The notes: generated by a model from the sequence alone, not told the origin. Shown: positions 1-9,565, counted from the first letter of the stretch. The stretch is DNA of 64,000 bases from a virus (IMGVR_UViG_3300037524_002067:64001-128000); one strand, 5' to 3'. Made by a program: numbers and translations.

Positions 1-1428
1 AATTTTATCAGCAGAAGTTATGTTTGTAGCTCTATTTCTAGCGCCTTGCAAATAACTCAAATCGAGAACCTCTGAAATATCAGGATATGTTGCAACATAT
101 TCAGGGTAAAGACTGCTCACTACATCGCCAAACTTTTTATAGACTGAAGCGTACACATTTGTTTTGCTTTGACCAATACCAAACAACTCAAGGTTGTCAG
201 AGAGGTTATGAACACGAGACCCACCAAGCTCAACAATGTTGTTGTTCGAATTATCAATTTGTTTAGCGCCTTTGTAATATTTTACCCAATAGTTGGCATC
301 GCCTTCGTTGTATACTTTAGCACTAAGCTCACCAGCTTTGTTAAGCGCTTCAGGGTAAGTTTTTACCTGATCACCTGCGGCAGAAACAGCAAGAATAAAA
401 TTCTCTACAGTTTTGCGATTGTCTTGCAACCATTTTTTTACACCAATTACCACATTTGGCATTTGTGAACGATATTCAGCAGTAGATACAATGCGTACAA
501 GACCACCTTTTTTCTCAACAACATTAACGTCACCAGGAGTCCATGTAGTAGTACAATCTACAGTAATACGCTTCTTATCTCCTGTTTTTACAGTCTTTCC
601 AGTTTGTGGATCTACTTTTACAACAGGTCTTTCTTCGGAATAACCAGTGATATATTTCTCAGCAGCTTCCAAAAAACCTGAACAACCAACAAAATTCATT
701 GCATCAGGATTGTAAGTTTTTTCGTCAGTGTTCACAGGAATTCCGTTGTCACCACACCATTTAATTACAATGTTCCAATCACCATCGCGTAAAACCGCTG
801 AGCAAACTGCGCCTCTAGCTTTTTGTGGGTTGGCTTTAATTTCGGGGGAAGCCATAAACGCATCTTCACCTTGAGATTTACCGCAAGAGAAAACAATTTG
901 CGCAACATAATCATCACCCAACTTCTTCAACTCATTATTAATGCCAGCGAGTAAAGCGGGAGCGCCATCACCCATGATAGCAAAAAGATTAGTGCCCACT
1001 GCTGTAGCTGGATTGTTTTTATAATCATTGGCAAACTTAATCAAATTTTGCCCCATTTGATTACAATCATCTTGACGATTTATTGTAAGGTTTACACCAT
1101 TAAGAGCCATTAAACTGCCCTCTGTGGTGTTTGGACCACCATTAGAATAAATTAACCCCATTTGAGAATTCCAAGCCATTATATCCATGTTAATTTTTGG
1201 TGAATTAACAGTGGCAATCTGGTCGGATGGAAGTGGAATAAATTTAACCGCTCCACCAGCGATATCTTTTGGCGCATCAGGAAGTACTACTGAAGCCACC
1301 TGCACCGTTTGTTTTAGTTCTTTCGGGAAGAACAACTCTGTGTTCACAACTAAGTGGAATAAGCCAACTACTACAGCTACAACCACTCCAATTAAGATAA
1401 GTTTGAACGATTTTTTTACTTGTGCCAT
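1..1428 (-). CDS. Periplasmic-binding-protein (ABC substrate-binding-like) membrane-anchored protein, probably OmpA-fused; runs off the left edge
   Basis: Not in the ORF track because it has no stop in the window. ATG at 1428 gives MAQVKKSFKLILIGVVVAVVVG (TM) ...MAWNSQMG...IMGDG...GKSQGEDAFM...LRDGDWNI...TWTPGD...STAEYRSQMP, open to position 1. Confidence 0.6.
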   Translation of the reverse strand, partial: MAQVKKSFKLILIGVVVAVVVGLFHLVVNTELFFPKELKQTVQVASVVLPDAPKDIAGGAVKFIPLPSDQIATVNSPKINMDIMAWNSQMGLIYSNGGPNTTEGSLMALNGVNLTINRQDDCNQMGQNLIKFANDYKNNPATAVGTNLFAIMGDGAPALLAGINNELKKLGDDYVAQIVFSCGKSQGEDAFMASPEIKANPQKARGAVCSAVLRDGDWNIVIKWCGDNGIPVNTDEKTYNPDAMNFVGCSGFLEAAEKYITGYSEERPVVKVDPQTGKTVKTGDKKRITVDCTTTWTPGDVNVVEKKGGLVRIVSTAEYRSQMPNVVIGVKKWLQDNRKTVENFILAVSAAGDQVKTYPEALNKAGELSAKVYNEGDANYWVKYYKGAKQIDNSNNNIVELGGSRVHNLSDNLELFGIGQSKTNVYASVYKKFGDVVSSLYPEYVATYPDISEVLDLSYLQGARNRATNITSADKI

Positions 1429-1461
1429 TTTTCTTTTTTTTATTTGTTTGTTTTTATTTGT

Positions 1462-1490
1462 TTATACGCATTGAAGATAAAAAAGTTGCA
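1462..1490 (-). promoter_or_regulatory. ECF-type phage promoter (TGCAAC-N16-CGTATAA)
   Basis: One of 10 copies of the motif, in the intergenic space directly upstream of a gene. Confidence 0.75.
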
Positions 1491-1491
1491 G

Positions 1492-2532
1492 CTATTTTGT
1501 GAAATACTTGCTTGTTTTTTTATCAACATTTTTTACAGCCTCAACTTTATCTGCTTGGACTGAGCCAGCTAATTTGTCAAGGTTTGCATAAACACTACCA
1601 GTGTTTAAACTTTTTTGATTAGAAGAATCTCCAAAAATTGTATCAAGGCCTTTTCTGTCAAATTCTTCAAGCATCTTCATGCCTCTTTCTTCAAATATTG
1701 CATTGTCAAGATCAACACTGTTGATAAAGTCGGTAGATGCCTCAAGCATTCTTTCCATCTCTCCAACCTTAAAGGCGTTATCGTCCACTACATATTGCAT
1801 AGCTTGATCAAAAAGAGCCTTTTTATCTCCATCGCCTCTAATAATATCCATAGCGGCGCTCATAGCTGAATAACCTTTAGTGATAGATTCACGTTCATCT
1901 TTTTTAATTTCAACTATGTTTTTTGTTCTTTCAATCATAATTCCAGAATAGTATTTCATCTTTTTCAAAACTTCATACAAAACGGTGATTTTATTATGCA
2001 ACACCTCAAGCTTCTTAATGTATTCCATAGAACTTTCAGCGTTTTGAGCATAAAGCCTAACTTCAACCTCTGGTTTTCCAAGTTTTCTAGCGGTACTGGC
2101 TCTCTCAAGATCTCTCTGATATCTTTCTTTTCTCTCGTCAATTTTAGAAGACAACTTAGATAATTGACCTTTAAGAGCGGTTATTTGCACTTCTACCTTG
2201 CCTTGTTTTTTATTTAAATCTTCAATATGGCCTTCTAATATAGCAATTGGATTTAACTCAACAGCAATGCTTGCAAAACCACGACAAAGAGCTTGAAACA
2301 TGTATGAAATTGTAGCTTGCACTTTTCCATTGGTAATAAACGCAATAAGAAAAAACAAAACTGCTCCAGCAATTATTAAATTGACAGTGTTCCAGGCAAT
2401 TGTAGTTAGTATTGGAAAAAGCTTATAAGCCGCCCATCCAAAAAAACCAATTAATATTGGCATAACCACCCATTTTCCAGCTTTTCCTTCTGGCCTTTGC
2501 CAAAAGGTTTTTACTTTCGTTTCTATAGACAT
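1492..2532 (-). CDS. PspA/IM30-like coiled-coil protein with two N-terminal TM helices
   Basis: Two hydrophobic segments followed by a long heptad region; ends in TAG. Confidence 0.55.
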   Translation of the reverse strand: MSIETKVKTFWQRPEGKAGKWVVMPILIGFFGWAAYKLFPILTTIAWNTVNLIIAGAVLFFLIAFITNGKVQATISYMFQALCRGFASIAVELNPIAILEGHIEDLNKKQGKVEVQITALKGQLSKLSSKIDERKERYQRDLERASTARKLGKPEVEVRLYAQNAESSMEYIKKLEVLHNKITVLYEVLKKMKYYSGIMIERTKNIVEIKKDERESITKGYSAMSAAMDIIRGDGDKKALFDQAMQYVVDDNAFKVGEMERMLEASTDFINSVDLDNAIFEERGMKMLEEFDRKGLDTIFGDSSNQKSLNTGSVYANLDKLAGSVQADKVEAVKNVDKKTSKYFTK

Positions 2533-2544
2533 TGTTTTGTTTTT

Positions 2545-3249
2545 TTAGTTAATGAAATTTTTGATGTTTTCTTTGTCTTGCAAAATTTGAGATTTAACAA
2601 CTTCAATAGTGATATTAAAATTGTTTTCTGTCGCTTTAATGTTTTGTTCTGCTAAAGCTGCTGCTGAGTTTAACTCAGAAATTTCCAAATTAAGTTCGTT
2701 AATTTGATTTTGGAGTTTTAGAATCTCTGCAGTCTTTTGCTCAACTTCTTTGATTCTGTTAGTGACTTCATTTTCAATCTCAATTCGCATCTCTTCTTCA
2801 AAATGAAGTTTTTGAGAATCAAGCTCTTTAATGTAAAAGTCTGCAGTTGTAAGAAGGTGATCTTTTGTGATATCACTATTTGCTTTTAATGAAGCAAAAG
2901 CAGATTGATATTTTAACGGCTCATTCATCCCAGGAATATTGTCCATGTTTTTCTTAGCTTTAGAAAATTCAAGATAATCAATTCCTTCCAAATTTTTTTC
3001 TTCCATGTGTTGAATAAATCCAGAAAAAAGTTTTTCATCAAACTGACCTTTTGAAAAAGGTGGAATTTTTTGATCTGAATACACAAACTTTGAAGGGGTG
3101 TGCGTGGCGCTTTGAGCTGTTGAACTAGTTGTTGTTTCACTCGAAGGATTATTTACAACCTCTTCTTCTAAAGCGATTGATTTAACTCTGTCCCAAAAAC
3201 TTTTTTTATTTGTTGTTTTAAGGGTAGCTTCTGTTTTTTTATCTGACAT
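2545..3249 (-). CDS. Hypothetical coiled-coil protein, same operon as the PspA-like gene
   Basis: 234-aa ORF with a C-terminal coiled coil. Confidence 0.6.
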   Translation of the reverse strand: MSDKKTEATLKTTNKKSFWDRVKSIALEEEVVNNPSSETTTSSTAQSATHTPSKFVYSDQKIPPFSKGQFDEKLFSGFIQHMEEKNLEGIDYLEFSKAKKNMDNIPGMNEPLKYQSAFASLKANSDITKDHLLTTADFYIKELDSQKLHFEEEMRIEIENEVTNRIKEVEQKTAEILKLQNQINELNLEISELNSAAALAEQNIKATENNFNITIEVVKSQILQDKENIKNFIN

Positions 3250-3270
3250 GTTTTTATAGTTTAGTGTAAG

Positions 3271-3299
3271 TTATACGAGCAAAAATAAGAAAAGTTGCA
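3271..3299 (-). promoter_or_regulatory. ECF-type promoter TGCAAC-N16-CGTATAA, overlapping a hairpin terminator (about 3290-3318)
   Basis: Motif match; inverted repeat aaagttgcag/ctgcaacttt. Confidence 0.75.
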
Positions 3300-3326
3300 G
3301 AATCCTGCAACTTTTTTTAAAAATAA

Positions 3327-3767
3327 TTATTCCCCCCCAAAGATTTCAATTTTTTTAGAAAGAATCACCTTGCAAGTGTCATTTTCTCTAACAAACTTCA
3401 TTGTTTTAAACTTGCCTGTGGCAAATTCATTTGTGGAAAATTTTAATAATGAACCAGCCTCATCAATTGATGTCAGTTTCAAAGTGTAATTGTAATCATA
3501 CTTTTTAAAACTGGATAAAATAGCGTCTTTTCCATATCTTATAATAGACTCATTGGCCACAAATTTCATTGCCATGTCATAATTTTGAGTCTTTAACATA
3601 GATAAGAAAAATGTTCCAAAATCAGAACCTGCCATAATAGCTGGATTTGAATATTCTGCCATAGCTTTTGTGGTAATTTGTGGAGTGGAAACAACATTAC
3701 TTGTTTTTTTGGTATCACAAGAGAATGCCAACAAAAGTAAAATTAAAGATAAGGTTATTTTTTTCAT
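3327..3767 (-). CDS. Lipoprotein
   Basis: Signal peptide with lipobox LAFSC. Confidence 0.65.
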   Translation of the reverse strand: MKKITLSLILLLLAFSCDTKKTSNVVSTPQITTKAMAEYSNPAIMAGSDFGTFFLSMLKTQNYDMAMKFVANESIIRYGKDAILSSFKKYDYNYTLKLTSIDEAGSLLKFSTNEFATGKFKTMKFVRENDTCKVILSKKIEIFGGE

Positions 3768-3785
3768 TTATCGTATTTTATGCAG

Positions 3786-3815
3786 TTATACGACACACAG
3801 CGCAAAAAGGTTACA
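3786..3815 (-). promoter_or_regulatory. ECF-type promoter TGTAAC-N17-CGTATAA
   Basis: Motif match. Confidence 0.7.
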
Positions 3816-3821
3816 AAAAAA

Positions 3822-4454
3822 TCAACTTTTCACTATGGCGTGTTCAGACCAGAAAGTGACTGATTTTGCATATGCCTCTCTATCAATAGGAACACCAGAC
3901 CCACCTTCTGACATGCCAAGAGCATTTCTAAGCATGGTTGCTGGCGGCATGGGCTCTTCATTAGGGTGAGATTGTCCCAAAATAGCCACAACACCCCAAT
4001 CAGCTTCAAATGGTGGATCTACATGTTCTGGAATAATAGCTGTAGATTCACTTTCTTTGTCAATTTGCTCTTTTGAATAAACGACAACAATAAGCCACTC
4101 CGCCACAGGCGCAGCCAAAGGTAGTTCAAACCAACGCGAAAACACAGGGAGTTCATTTGGGGTTCTTGCAGAATAACCAGATCGCAAATATTGATAATTG
4201 GCCATGTCAATTTTCATGGTGCCAACCCTGGCGTTTGTAAAATTCGGAATAGCAATAAGCTTACAGAATGGCGCATAACCATTCATTATTTGTACGTTTG
4301 CTTGATCTTGTTCAATCACGTCATCATATGCCTCTATATATTCACCCATTTTTTCTTCAAACTCCTCTGGAGTTACATCGGTAATCTTGGTTCCTGAAAA
4401 TTTTTTGTCGAAATGACGAAGGCTGAACGGGGTAAGTTTTATTTTTCCAAACAT
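3822..4454 (-). CDS. DUF3228 family protein
   Basis: GYAPFCK, LRSGYSART..ELPV.SRWF, PM.P.TMLRNALG..EGGSGVPIDREAY..SV.FW. Start moved to the ATG at 4454, downstream of the promoter. Confidence 0.75.
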   Translation of the reverse strand: MFGKIKLTPFSLRHFDKKFSGTKITDVTPEEFEEKMGEYIEAYDDVIEQDQANVQIMNGYAPFCKLIAIPNFTNARVGTMKIDMANYQYLRSGYSARTPNELPVFSRWFELPLAAPVAEWLIVVVYSKEQIDKESESTAIIPEHVDPPFEADWGVVAILGQSHPNEEPMPPATMLRNALGMSEGGSGVPIDREAYAKSVTFWSEHAIVKS

Positions 4455-4476
4455 GCAATATAATTTTATACAATGG

Positions 4477-4505
4477 TTATACGCCAAAGTTATAAAATAG
4501 TTGCG
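4477..4505 (-). promoter_or_regulatory. ECF-type promoter GCAAC-N16-CGTATAA
   Basis: Motif match. Confidence 0.7.
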
Positions 4506-4517
4506 TGAATTTCGTGT

Positions 4518-4844
4518 TTATTTTACCACGTAAACATATTTCCCATTTTCAAGCTGGGTTAAATGTTGAGGAGCGCGGTATAAGTTTGGCCCTGAATGAG
4601 TTGTAGCTGACACATAAAAGGTCAATATTTCTCCATCTGTCTTTTGAACTTTGCAGGCCCACCCACCATTTTTTGTCCTCTGAGCATCTTCAACTGCTTT
4701 TAGCTCATAGTTTTCATTATATCTTGAAATGCACTCATAAAACACATCTCCTTTTTTTAAACTTTTTAATTCCAAATAATAATCCGAAAAATTCTCTCCG
4801 AAGTTAAATAGCTCTGGAGAAAACATTTTTGTTGCTTGTTTCAT
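4518..4844 (-). CDS. Hypothetical protein
   Basis: 108-aa ORF on the coding strand. Confidence 0.6.
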   Translation of the reverse strand: MKQATKMFSPELFNFGENFSDYYLELKSLKKGDVFYECISRYNENYELKAVEDAQRTKNGGWACKVQKTDGEILTFYVSATTHSGPNLYRAPQHLTQLENGKYVYVVK

Positions 4845-5086
4845 ACTTGTTATATTTTTAAAGAACTTTGTTGTCCTTTATAAATATTATCAAGTTTACA
4901 AAAACCCTGTCAACATTGACAAAAGTAGCATTTTTATTAAAAAATTTTAGTTTTGATAATCAGCATTTTACACTTCAACACTTAAAGAAAATAATTGTTC
5001 TAAATACACCCAAAGATCATGACGCTATAATAAGTCAATTTAAGAAATTCATATGGTAAATAAAAAAATTAATACTATTTATTTAT

Positions 5087-5827
5087 ATGAATTATAAAAA
5101 ACACTATGACTTATTAATTAATAGCAGAAAAGATAGATTGCTAGAAAAAAACATGTATTACGAAAAACACCATATTGTTCCAAAAAGTATGGGTGGTACA
5201 AATAAGAAAGAAAACACATTTTTTTTAACAGCAAAAGAACATTTTATAGCACACCTTCTTTTGTGGAAAATTCACAACAACAAACAAATGGCTTTTGCTT
5301 ATTATGCTTTAGCCTATATGGGTAGAGGATATAAAATAAAATCAAGCAAAACATATGAAGATTGCAAACTAGCAAGAAGAAGCTATATTGTAGAAAATAA
5401 TAAAAAATTTCACACTGGAAAAAAACTTTCAAAAAAACTAAAATCAGATATATCAAAAAGATTTAAAAATATGATCAGAACAAAAGAGCATTGTAATAAT
5501 ATTTCAAAATCTCTAAAAGGAAAACCAAAAACAGAAACACACAAAAAAAAACTATCTAAATCGCTAAAAAAATTTGATTGGAGTAGTCATTTTGAAAGGA
5601 ACTTAAAAATATCCAAAGCAAATTCTGGAAAAAACAACCCCAGAGCTAAAGAGGTATATATGTTTGATAAAGACAAAAAACTAATTAAAGCTTTTAACAC
5701 AATGAAAGATGCTTTGGAATATGTATCAAAAAAAAACACAATATCTAAAACCACCTTCTATAGAAGAATTGTTAAAAATAAAATGGTTAATAATTTTTAT
5801 TTTTCTTTTGAACTAAGGGTAAAATAG
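5087..5827 (+). CDS. HNH homing endonuclease with NUMOD3/NUMOD1-like DNA-binding repeats
   Basis: YEKHHIVPKSMGG..N...LTAKEHFIAHLLL; K-rich HK..LSKSLKG repeats; opposite strand to its neighbours. Confidence 0.8.
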   Translation: MNYKKHYDLLINSRKDRLLEKNMYYEKHHIVPKSMGGTNKKENTFFLTAKEHFIAHLLLWKIHNNKQMAFAYYALAYMGRGYKIKSSKTYEDCKLARRSYIVENNKKFHTGKKLSKKLKSDISKRFKNMIRTKEHCNNISKSLKGKPKTETHKKKLSKSLKKFDWSSHFERNLKISKANSGKNNPRAKEVYMFDKDKKLIKAFNTMKDALEYVSKKNTISKTTFYRRIVKNKMVNNFYFSFELRVK

Positions 5828-5852
5828 GTGCTTTTGTGTTTTTTGATAAAAA

Positions 5853-6458
5853 TTACTTTTCGTGAATAGCTTCATACAACTGAATTTGTTTGAACAGACT
5901 ATATTTAATGTTTTCATAAATAGACTCTTGTTCTGGAAAAAGTTTTCGAGCCATTTTTAACATCACAACGGTTTTTTCTTTGGATTCCTTAATATATTCC
6001 TTTTGCTTCTCTAATTTCATACCTTTAAGCATGGTGGAAATATTATGATCTCTATCAAGACCTTTACACACAGATACAACATGACACATACCCATTTCTT
6101 TATAGTAAATTTCGTCTGGCACTCTAACTCCTTCTCTTACTTTGCTTATTTTCCAAACATAACCCGCAACAGTCTTACCAAACATCTCTTCAATCGTTTG
6201 AATTGTTACACCTTTGTCTTCTACAATATCATGCAAGAAAATAACTACAAATGTATCTTCTGGAGAAATCAGTTGATCACATATTGTCCTACAATAAAGA
6301 GCCTGTGTCACCTGATGTGAAAACTCATGTTGACCATCCTTTCGAAGGCCGCTATGAAGTTGCTCAGCAAAATTCATAGCTTTTACGGCTCTGTAAAAAC
6401 ATTTTCCAATAAGCCAATACCTAATGGCAATTTTATTTTTTTCGTAATTTGGTCTCAT
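5853..6458 (-). CDS. HD-domain RelA/SpoT-type hydrolase (small alarmone hydrolase-like)
   Basis: FAEQLH.G.RKDG...FSH, LHDIVED and K.LDR.HN motifs; no synthetase domain. Confidence 0.75.
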   Translation of the reverse strand: MRPNYEKNKIAIRYWLIGKCFYRAVKAMNFAEQLHSGLRKDGQHEFSHQVTQALYCRTICDQLISPEDTFVVIFLHDIVEDKGVTIQTIEEMFGKTVAGYVWKISKVREGVRVPDEIYYKEMGMCHVVSVCKGLDRDHNISTMLKGMKLEKQKEYIKESKEKTVVMLKMARKLFPEQESIYENIKYSLFKQIQLYEAIHEK

Positions 6459-6463
6459 ATCTA

Positions 6464-6492
6464 TTATACGAAGATACGAAAAAAAAGTTTCA
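6464..6492 (-). promoter_or_regulatory. ECF-type promoter TGAAAC-N16-CGTATAA
   Basis: Motif match. Confidence 0.75.
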
Positions 6493-6494
6493 AA

Positions 6495-6947
6495 TTATTT
6501 TAAAATTGTATCTCCTGGACCAACCTCTCTTATAACACCTTTGACAATCACTTTGTCAATAGGTGTCCAATCAATAATATTTTTGCTGTCCGCAGGAACC
6601 CCTCCATTTTTGTTAAAAGCCAATGTAATATGCGGCATTTCATTTTTAGAATAATACCCAAAAGTTCCAAGAGCAATAGCTTTTTCAGAAACTCCAATTG
6701 AAACAATGGTAAGTTCCACTTCTTTGTTTAGATCACCTCTTAGTTGCAAAGATTGTGGTATATCCCCAAGCGAAATTGTCATATGATAATTTGCAGGCTT
6801 ATTCCAACCCTCTTTTGGAACATATTCATTGACTAACTGTTCTATTTTTTGAACTTCTATAGAATCCTCAATCACCACAGCGGTATAAACCACACGTGGC
6901 TCATATTCTTCTTTAAGTGTTTTCCTTATAAATTTTCTCAATTCCAT
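6495..6947 (-). CDS. 2H phosphoesterase (cyclic phosphodiesterase; tRNA-ligase CPD/Acb1-like fold)
   Basis: Two HxT motifs (YHMTI, PHITL), then P..S..I.DW; likely start MELRKFIRK at 6947. Confidence 0.7.
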   Translation of the reverse strand: MELRKFIRKTLKEEYEPRVVYTAVVIEDSIEVQKIEQLVNEYVPKEGWNKPANYHMTISLGDIPQSLQLRGDLNKEVELTIVSIGVSEKAIALGTFGYYSKNEMPHITLAFNKNGGVPADSKNIIDWTPIDKVIVKGVIREVGPGDTILK

Positions 6948-7975
6948 TAATCGCACATTGCCTTTGCCGCATTAAACGCTGCTTGTCTTTTTTCATCAGT
7001 AAATGCCATATCAATCTTCTTTTTATTTACAACCTTTTTGCCATCGGTTGTTTGATTGTTCTCTATTACAATTACCAAATTACCTTTTTTATTTGTAAAC
7101 TGTGTTTCTATAATAAAGTTTGTTTCAAAGTTAGCGTTAAAATCTTTTAATAACTCTTCCAATTGCAAAGTTTCTTTTAATTTTCTTCCACTCGCAAAAT
7201 CCAGAAACCCATCGGTGATCTTTTCTTCTGAATTCATTTCAACAACAATTGCTTTCTTTCTTTTTTCTACAAATGAATGTTCCATCACCTTCGTTTCGTG
7301 TATTTTAAACTTTTCTGATCCCTCTATAAAATACATGACCCATTCATACATAAACTCTGGGAGATCTCTTTCGTGCACTCTATTTATTGTGCTGCCATCA
7401 TTAAAATTGAGTTCGCCCAAAGATTTTCCTCTAAATTTAGGATCTTGATTCATCGTCGCAGTTTTATCTGATCTTTTAGGAAGAGTTGAAGTGTTGCCAA
7501 GACCAATCTCAATAGCTGTTGGACCTTTATGACCAACATCAAATTTTGATCCTTTTATAACGTCTTGTTTATGATAAGAGTTGATATTTTTATCGGCATA
7601 TGTGTTTTGTATTGATTTTATATTGGTAAGTGGTATGCCAGTAAACTTTGAGGCGTACTTATAATCTTCCTCCCTTAAATTTTCACTTGGTATTGAAATG
7701 AATTCATCAAGAAAAGATTTTTGATAATCATTCAACTTCCACTTTAAATTATCGAACTTCTTTGGAACACCTTTAATAGCAATGTTTCCTGGCACACTAG
7801 CGGCTTCACTAACAATATCTGGGACAGAAACTGCAGCATCCATATAAAACATAGATCCCATAGGTCTTCTAATTGGCGCAACGGCCACTGGTGAAAACTT
7901 TTTCTTCTTTTTTATTTTTCTTGCCTCAAAAGCTAGAATTTCAAAAATAGCGTCTATTGTTTTTTTCTTATCCAT
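6947..7975 (-). CDS. Hypothetical protein
   Basis: Long ORF; likely start MDKKK at 7975. Confidence 0.6.
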   Translation of the reverse strand: MDKKKTIDAIFEILAFEARKIKKKKKFSPVAVAPIRRPMGSMFYMDAAVSVPDIVSEAASVPGNIAIKGVPKKFDNLKWKLNDYQKSFLDEFISIPSENLREEDYKYASKFTGIPLTNIKSIQNTYADKNINSYHKQDVIKGSKFDVGHKGPTAIEIGLGNTSTLPKRSDKTATMNQDPKFRGKSLGELNFNDGSTINRVHERDLPEFMYEWVMYFIEGSEKFKIHETKVMEHSFVEKRKKAIVVEMNSEEKITDGFLDFASGRKLKETLQLEELLKDFNANFETNFIIETQFTNKKGNLVIVIENNQTTDGKKVVNKKKIDMAFTDEKRQAAFNAAKAMCD

Positions 7976-8498
7976 TTTTTCTTTTTTCTGCATGTTTATG
8001 AGCATGTCCAGCCATTGGTATTAGATATCCGTGAAGAAATTTTTGAGTATACATCTTAATATAATCTTTCACATCATCAACTGTTTCAAACAACTTATCT
8101 TCTGGAATATTGTATTTTAATCTTCTAAAAAAATAAGTAAACACTCTTTCTTTTATCTCTTTCTTGGTATACGGTATTTTGTTTACTCTTAAAATATAAT
8201 CTAACTCATCTTCATTTTCGCCACGTGGTTCTGCGTTTTTAAACACAGTAGTCCCTGGAACAACATTTCCAACAGAAATATGCCAATTAGAGCCATCTTC
8301 TACAGTTAAAAAATCCAATATAGTTTTTATACCAGCTTGATCAATTAATTCTTGGGGCGCTTCGTCAACAAGAAGATCTTTAAATTCGCTTACACGCTCA
8401 GCCATAAATTTCTGATTAGCTATTTTTATTGGACTGTTATAATCAAATTCCTTAATTAAATTGCCAATAGACTCTCTTATAATTTTTCGAATATTCAT
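7968..8498 (-). CDS. Hypothetical protein with N-terminal IRKIIRES motif
   Basis: 176-aa ORF. Confidence 0.6.
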   Translation of the reverse strand: MNIRKIIRESIGNLIKEFDYNSPIKIANQKFMAERVSEFKDLLVDEAPQELIDQAGIKTILDFLTVEDGSNWHISVGNVVPGTTVFKNAEPRGENEDELDYILRVNKIPYTKKEIKERVFTYFFRRLKYNIPEDKLFETVDDVKDYIKMYTQKFLHGYLIPMAGHAHKHAEKRKNG

Positions 8499-8528
8499 AT
8501 CAATAAATATCCCAAAAAAGGCTTAATT

Positions 8529-9233
8529 CTACCACCACATCCAAGTTGCTCCATGGCGATGATTATAGCGGAGGTCTTCGTTTCCAGATTCAAAATCACC
8601 AGATTCAATCATTTTTTTCAACTCTTGTTTATTATGTCTTCTATCGGCACGGTTAAAAGTTGCACAATACCAAGAAGGAGCTGAACCCCAATAACTCCAC
8701 ACTTTATAAAATTTTTGACTTCTTAATTCAGTGTTTTTTTCAGCAAGTTCTTTTGAGACATCCACATCACAAACAAGTTCATGAGTAATCCAACGAGGTT
8801 TAATTTTTTCGACAAAATAATACTCAGGAACAGTAGATGTATATTGAACTTCCCATGGATTGTAGTATTTATCAAAATGATCTACAAGTCTGAAATATTT
8901 TTTTACCTGAGGTTTAAGAGAAAAATAGATTTTTTCGCTAATATAGCGGCGAGCAGGGCGCACAACTTCATAATGTCCTTTTCTGTATTTAACACGAAAT
9001 TTTTTGTTTTTACTAAAAATTCTCCCAAAAGAAAGTGAAAGAATTTCTTCAAAAACCCAAGCATCATCGCGATTTTTTATATCGGATCTAAGTTCATAGG
9101 TTTTGTAGTACCCATTACGATAAGGCACATCAAGCTTAACCCAACGAGTATTTTTTCGTTGAATTTCTTCAAGTTCATAAATTTCTCTTTCGAGTTTAAG
9201 CTTTTCTTTGTAGAGGTCTGTTTTTGTATTCAT
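8529..9233 (-). CDS. Basic hypothetical protein ending in WMWW
   Basis: 234-aa ORF with TAG stop. Confidence 0.65.
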   Translation of the reverse strand: MNTKTDLYKEKLKLEREIYELEEIQRKNTRWVKLDVPYRNGYYKTYELRSDIKNRDDAWVFEEILSLSFGRIFSKNKKFRVKYRKGHYEVVRPARRYISEKIYFSLKPQVKKYFRLVDHFDKYYNPWEVQYTSTVPEYYFVEKIKPRWITHELVCDVDVSKELAEKNTELRSQKFYKVWSYWGSAPSWYCATFNRADRRHNKQELKKMIESGDFESGNEDLRYNHRHGATWMWW

Positions 9234-9296
9234 GACGATTTAGTTTACTTACCAAAATCGCCATACGCCTCCTACGCTATTTTTTATATTCATCAT
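9231..9296 (-). promoter_or_regulatory. Leader ORF MMNIKNSVGGVWRFW* (9249-9296) and a hairpin sequestering the start codon of the downstream gene
   Basis: ATGGCGATTT (spanning the W-R-F codons) pairs with AAATCGTCAT(G), which contains the next AUG. Confidence 0.55.
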
Positions 9297-9361
9297 TTTA
9301 TTGACTTATTTTTTATAAATATACAAATTTTATTCCAAATATAAAACCAATTTGTTAAAAT

Positions 9362-9565
9362 TTACATCTCACGATCTGTCATATCTCTCCAATATTCCCA
9401 ATCGACAGAAACAACTTTACCCTTTAATGATGGTCTGAAATTATCTATAAAACCAATTATTTCATCTTTTGATGGTTCGGAGTTAATATAGGGCATATTG
9501 TATTCCTCTTTTTGTCCACCCTGAAGAGTTAGTTTGATTTTATAATATTTCCCAATCAATTTCAT
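9362..9565 (-). CDS. Hypothetical protein
   Basis: 67-aa ORF overlapping the upstream gene. Confidence 0.5.
   Translation of the reverse strand: MKLIGKYYKIKLTLQGGQKEEYNMPYINSEPSKDEIIGFIDNFRPSLKGKVVSVDWEYWRDMTDREM

Noticed and set aside
169-1474. Plus-strand ORFs 169-468, 413-643 and 1187-1474
   Set aside because: They are shadows of the long minus-strand ORF 1-1428.
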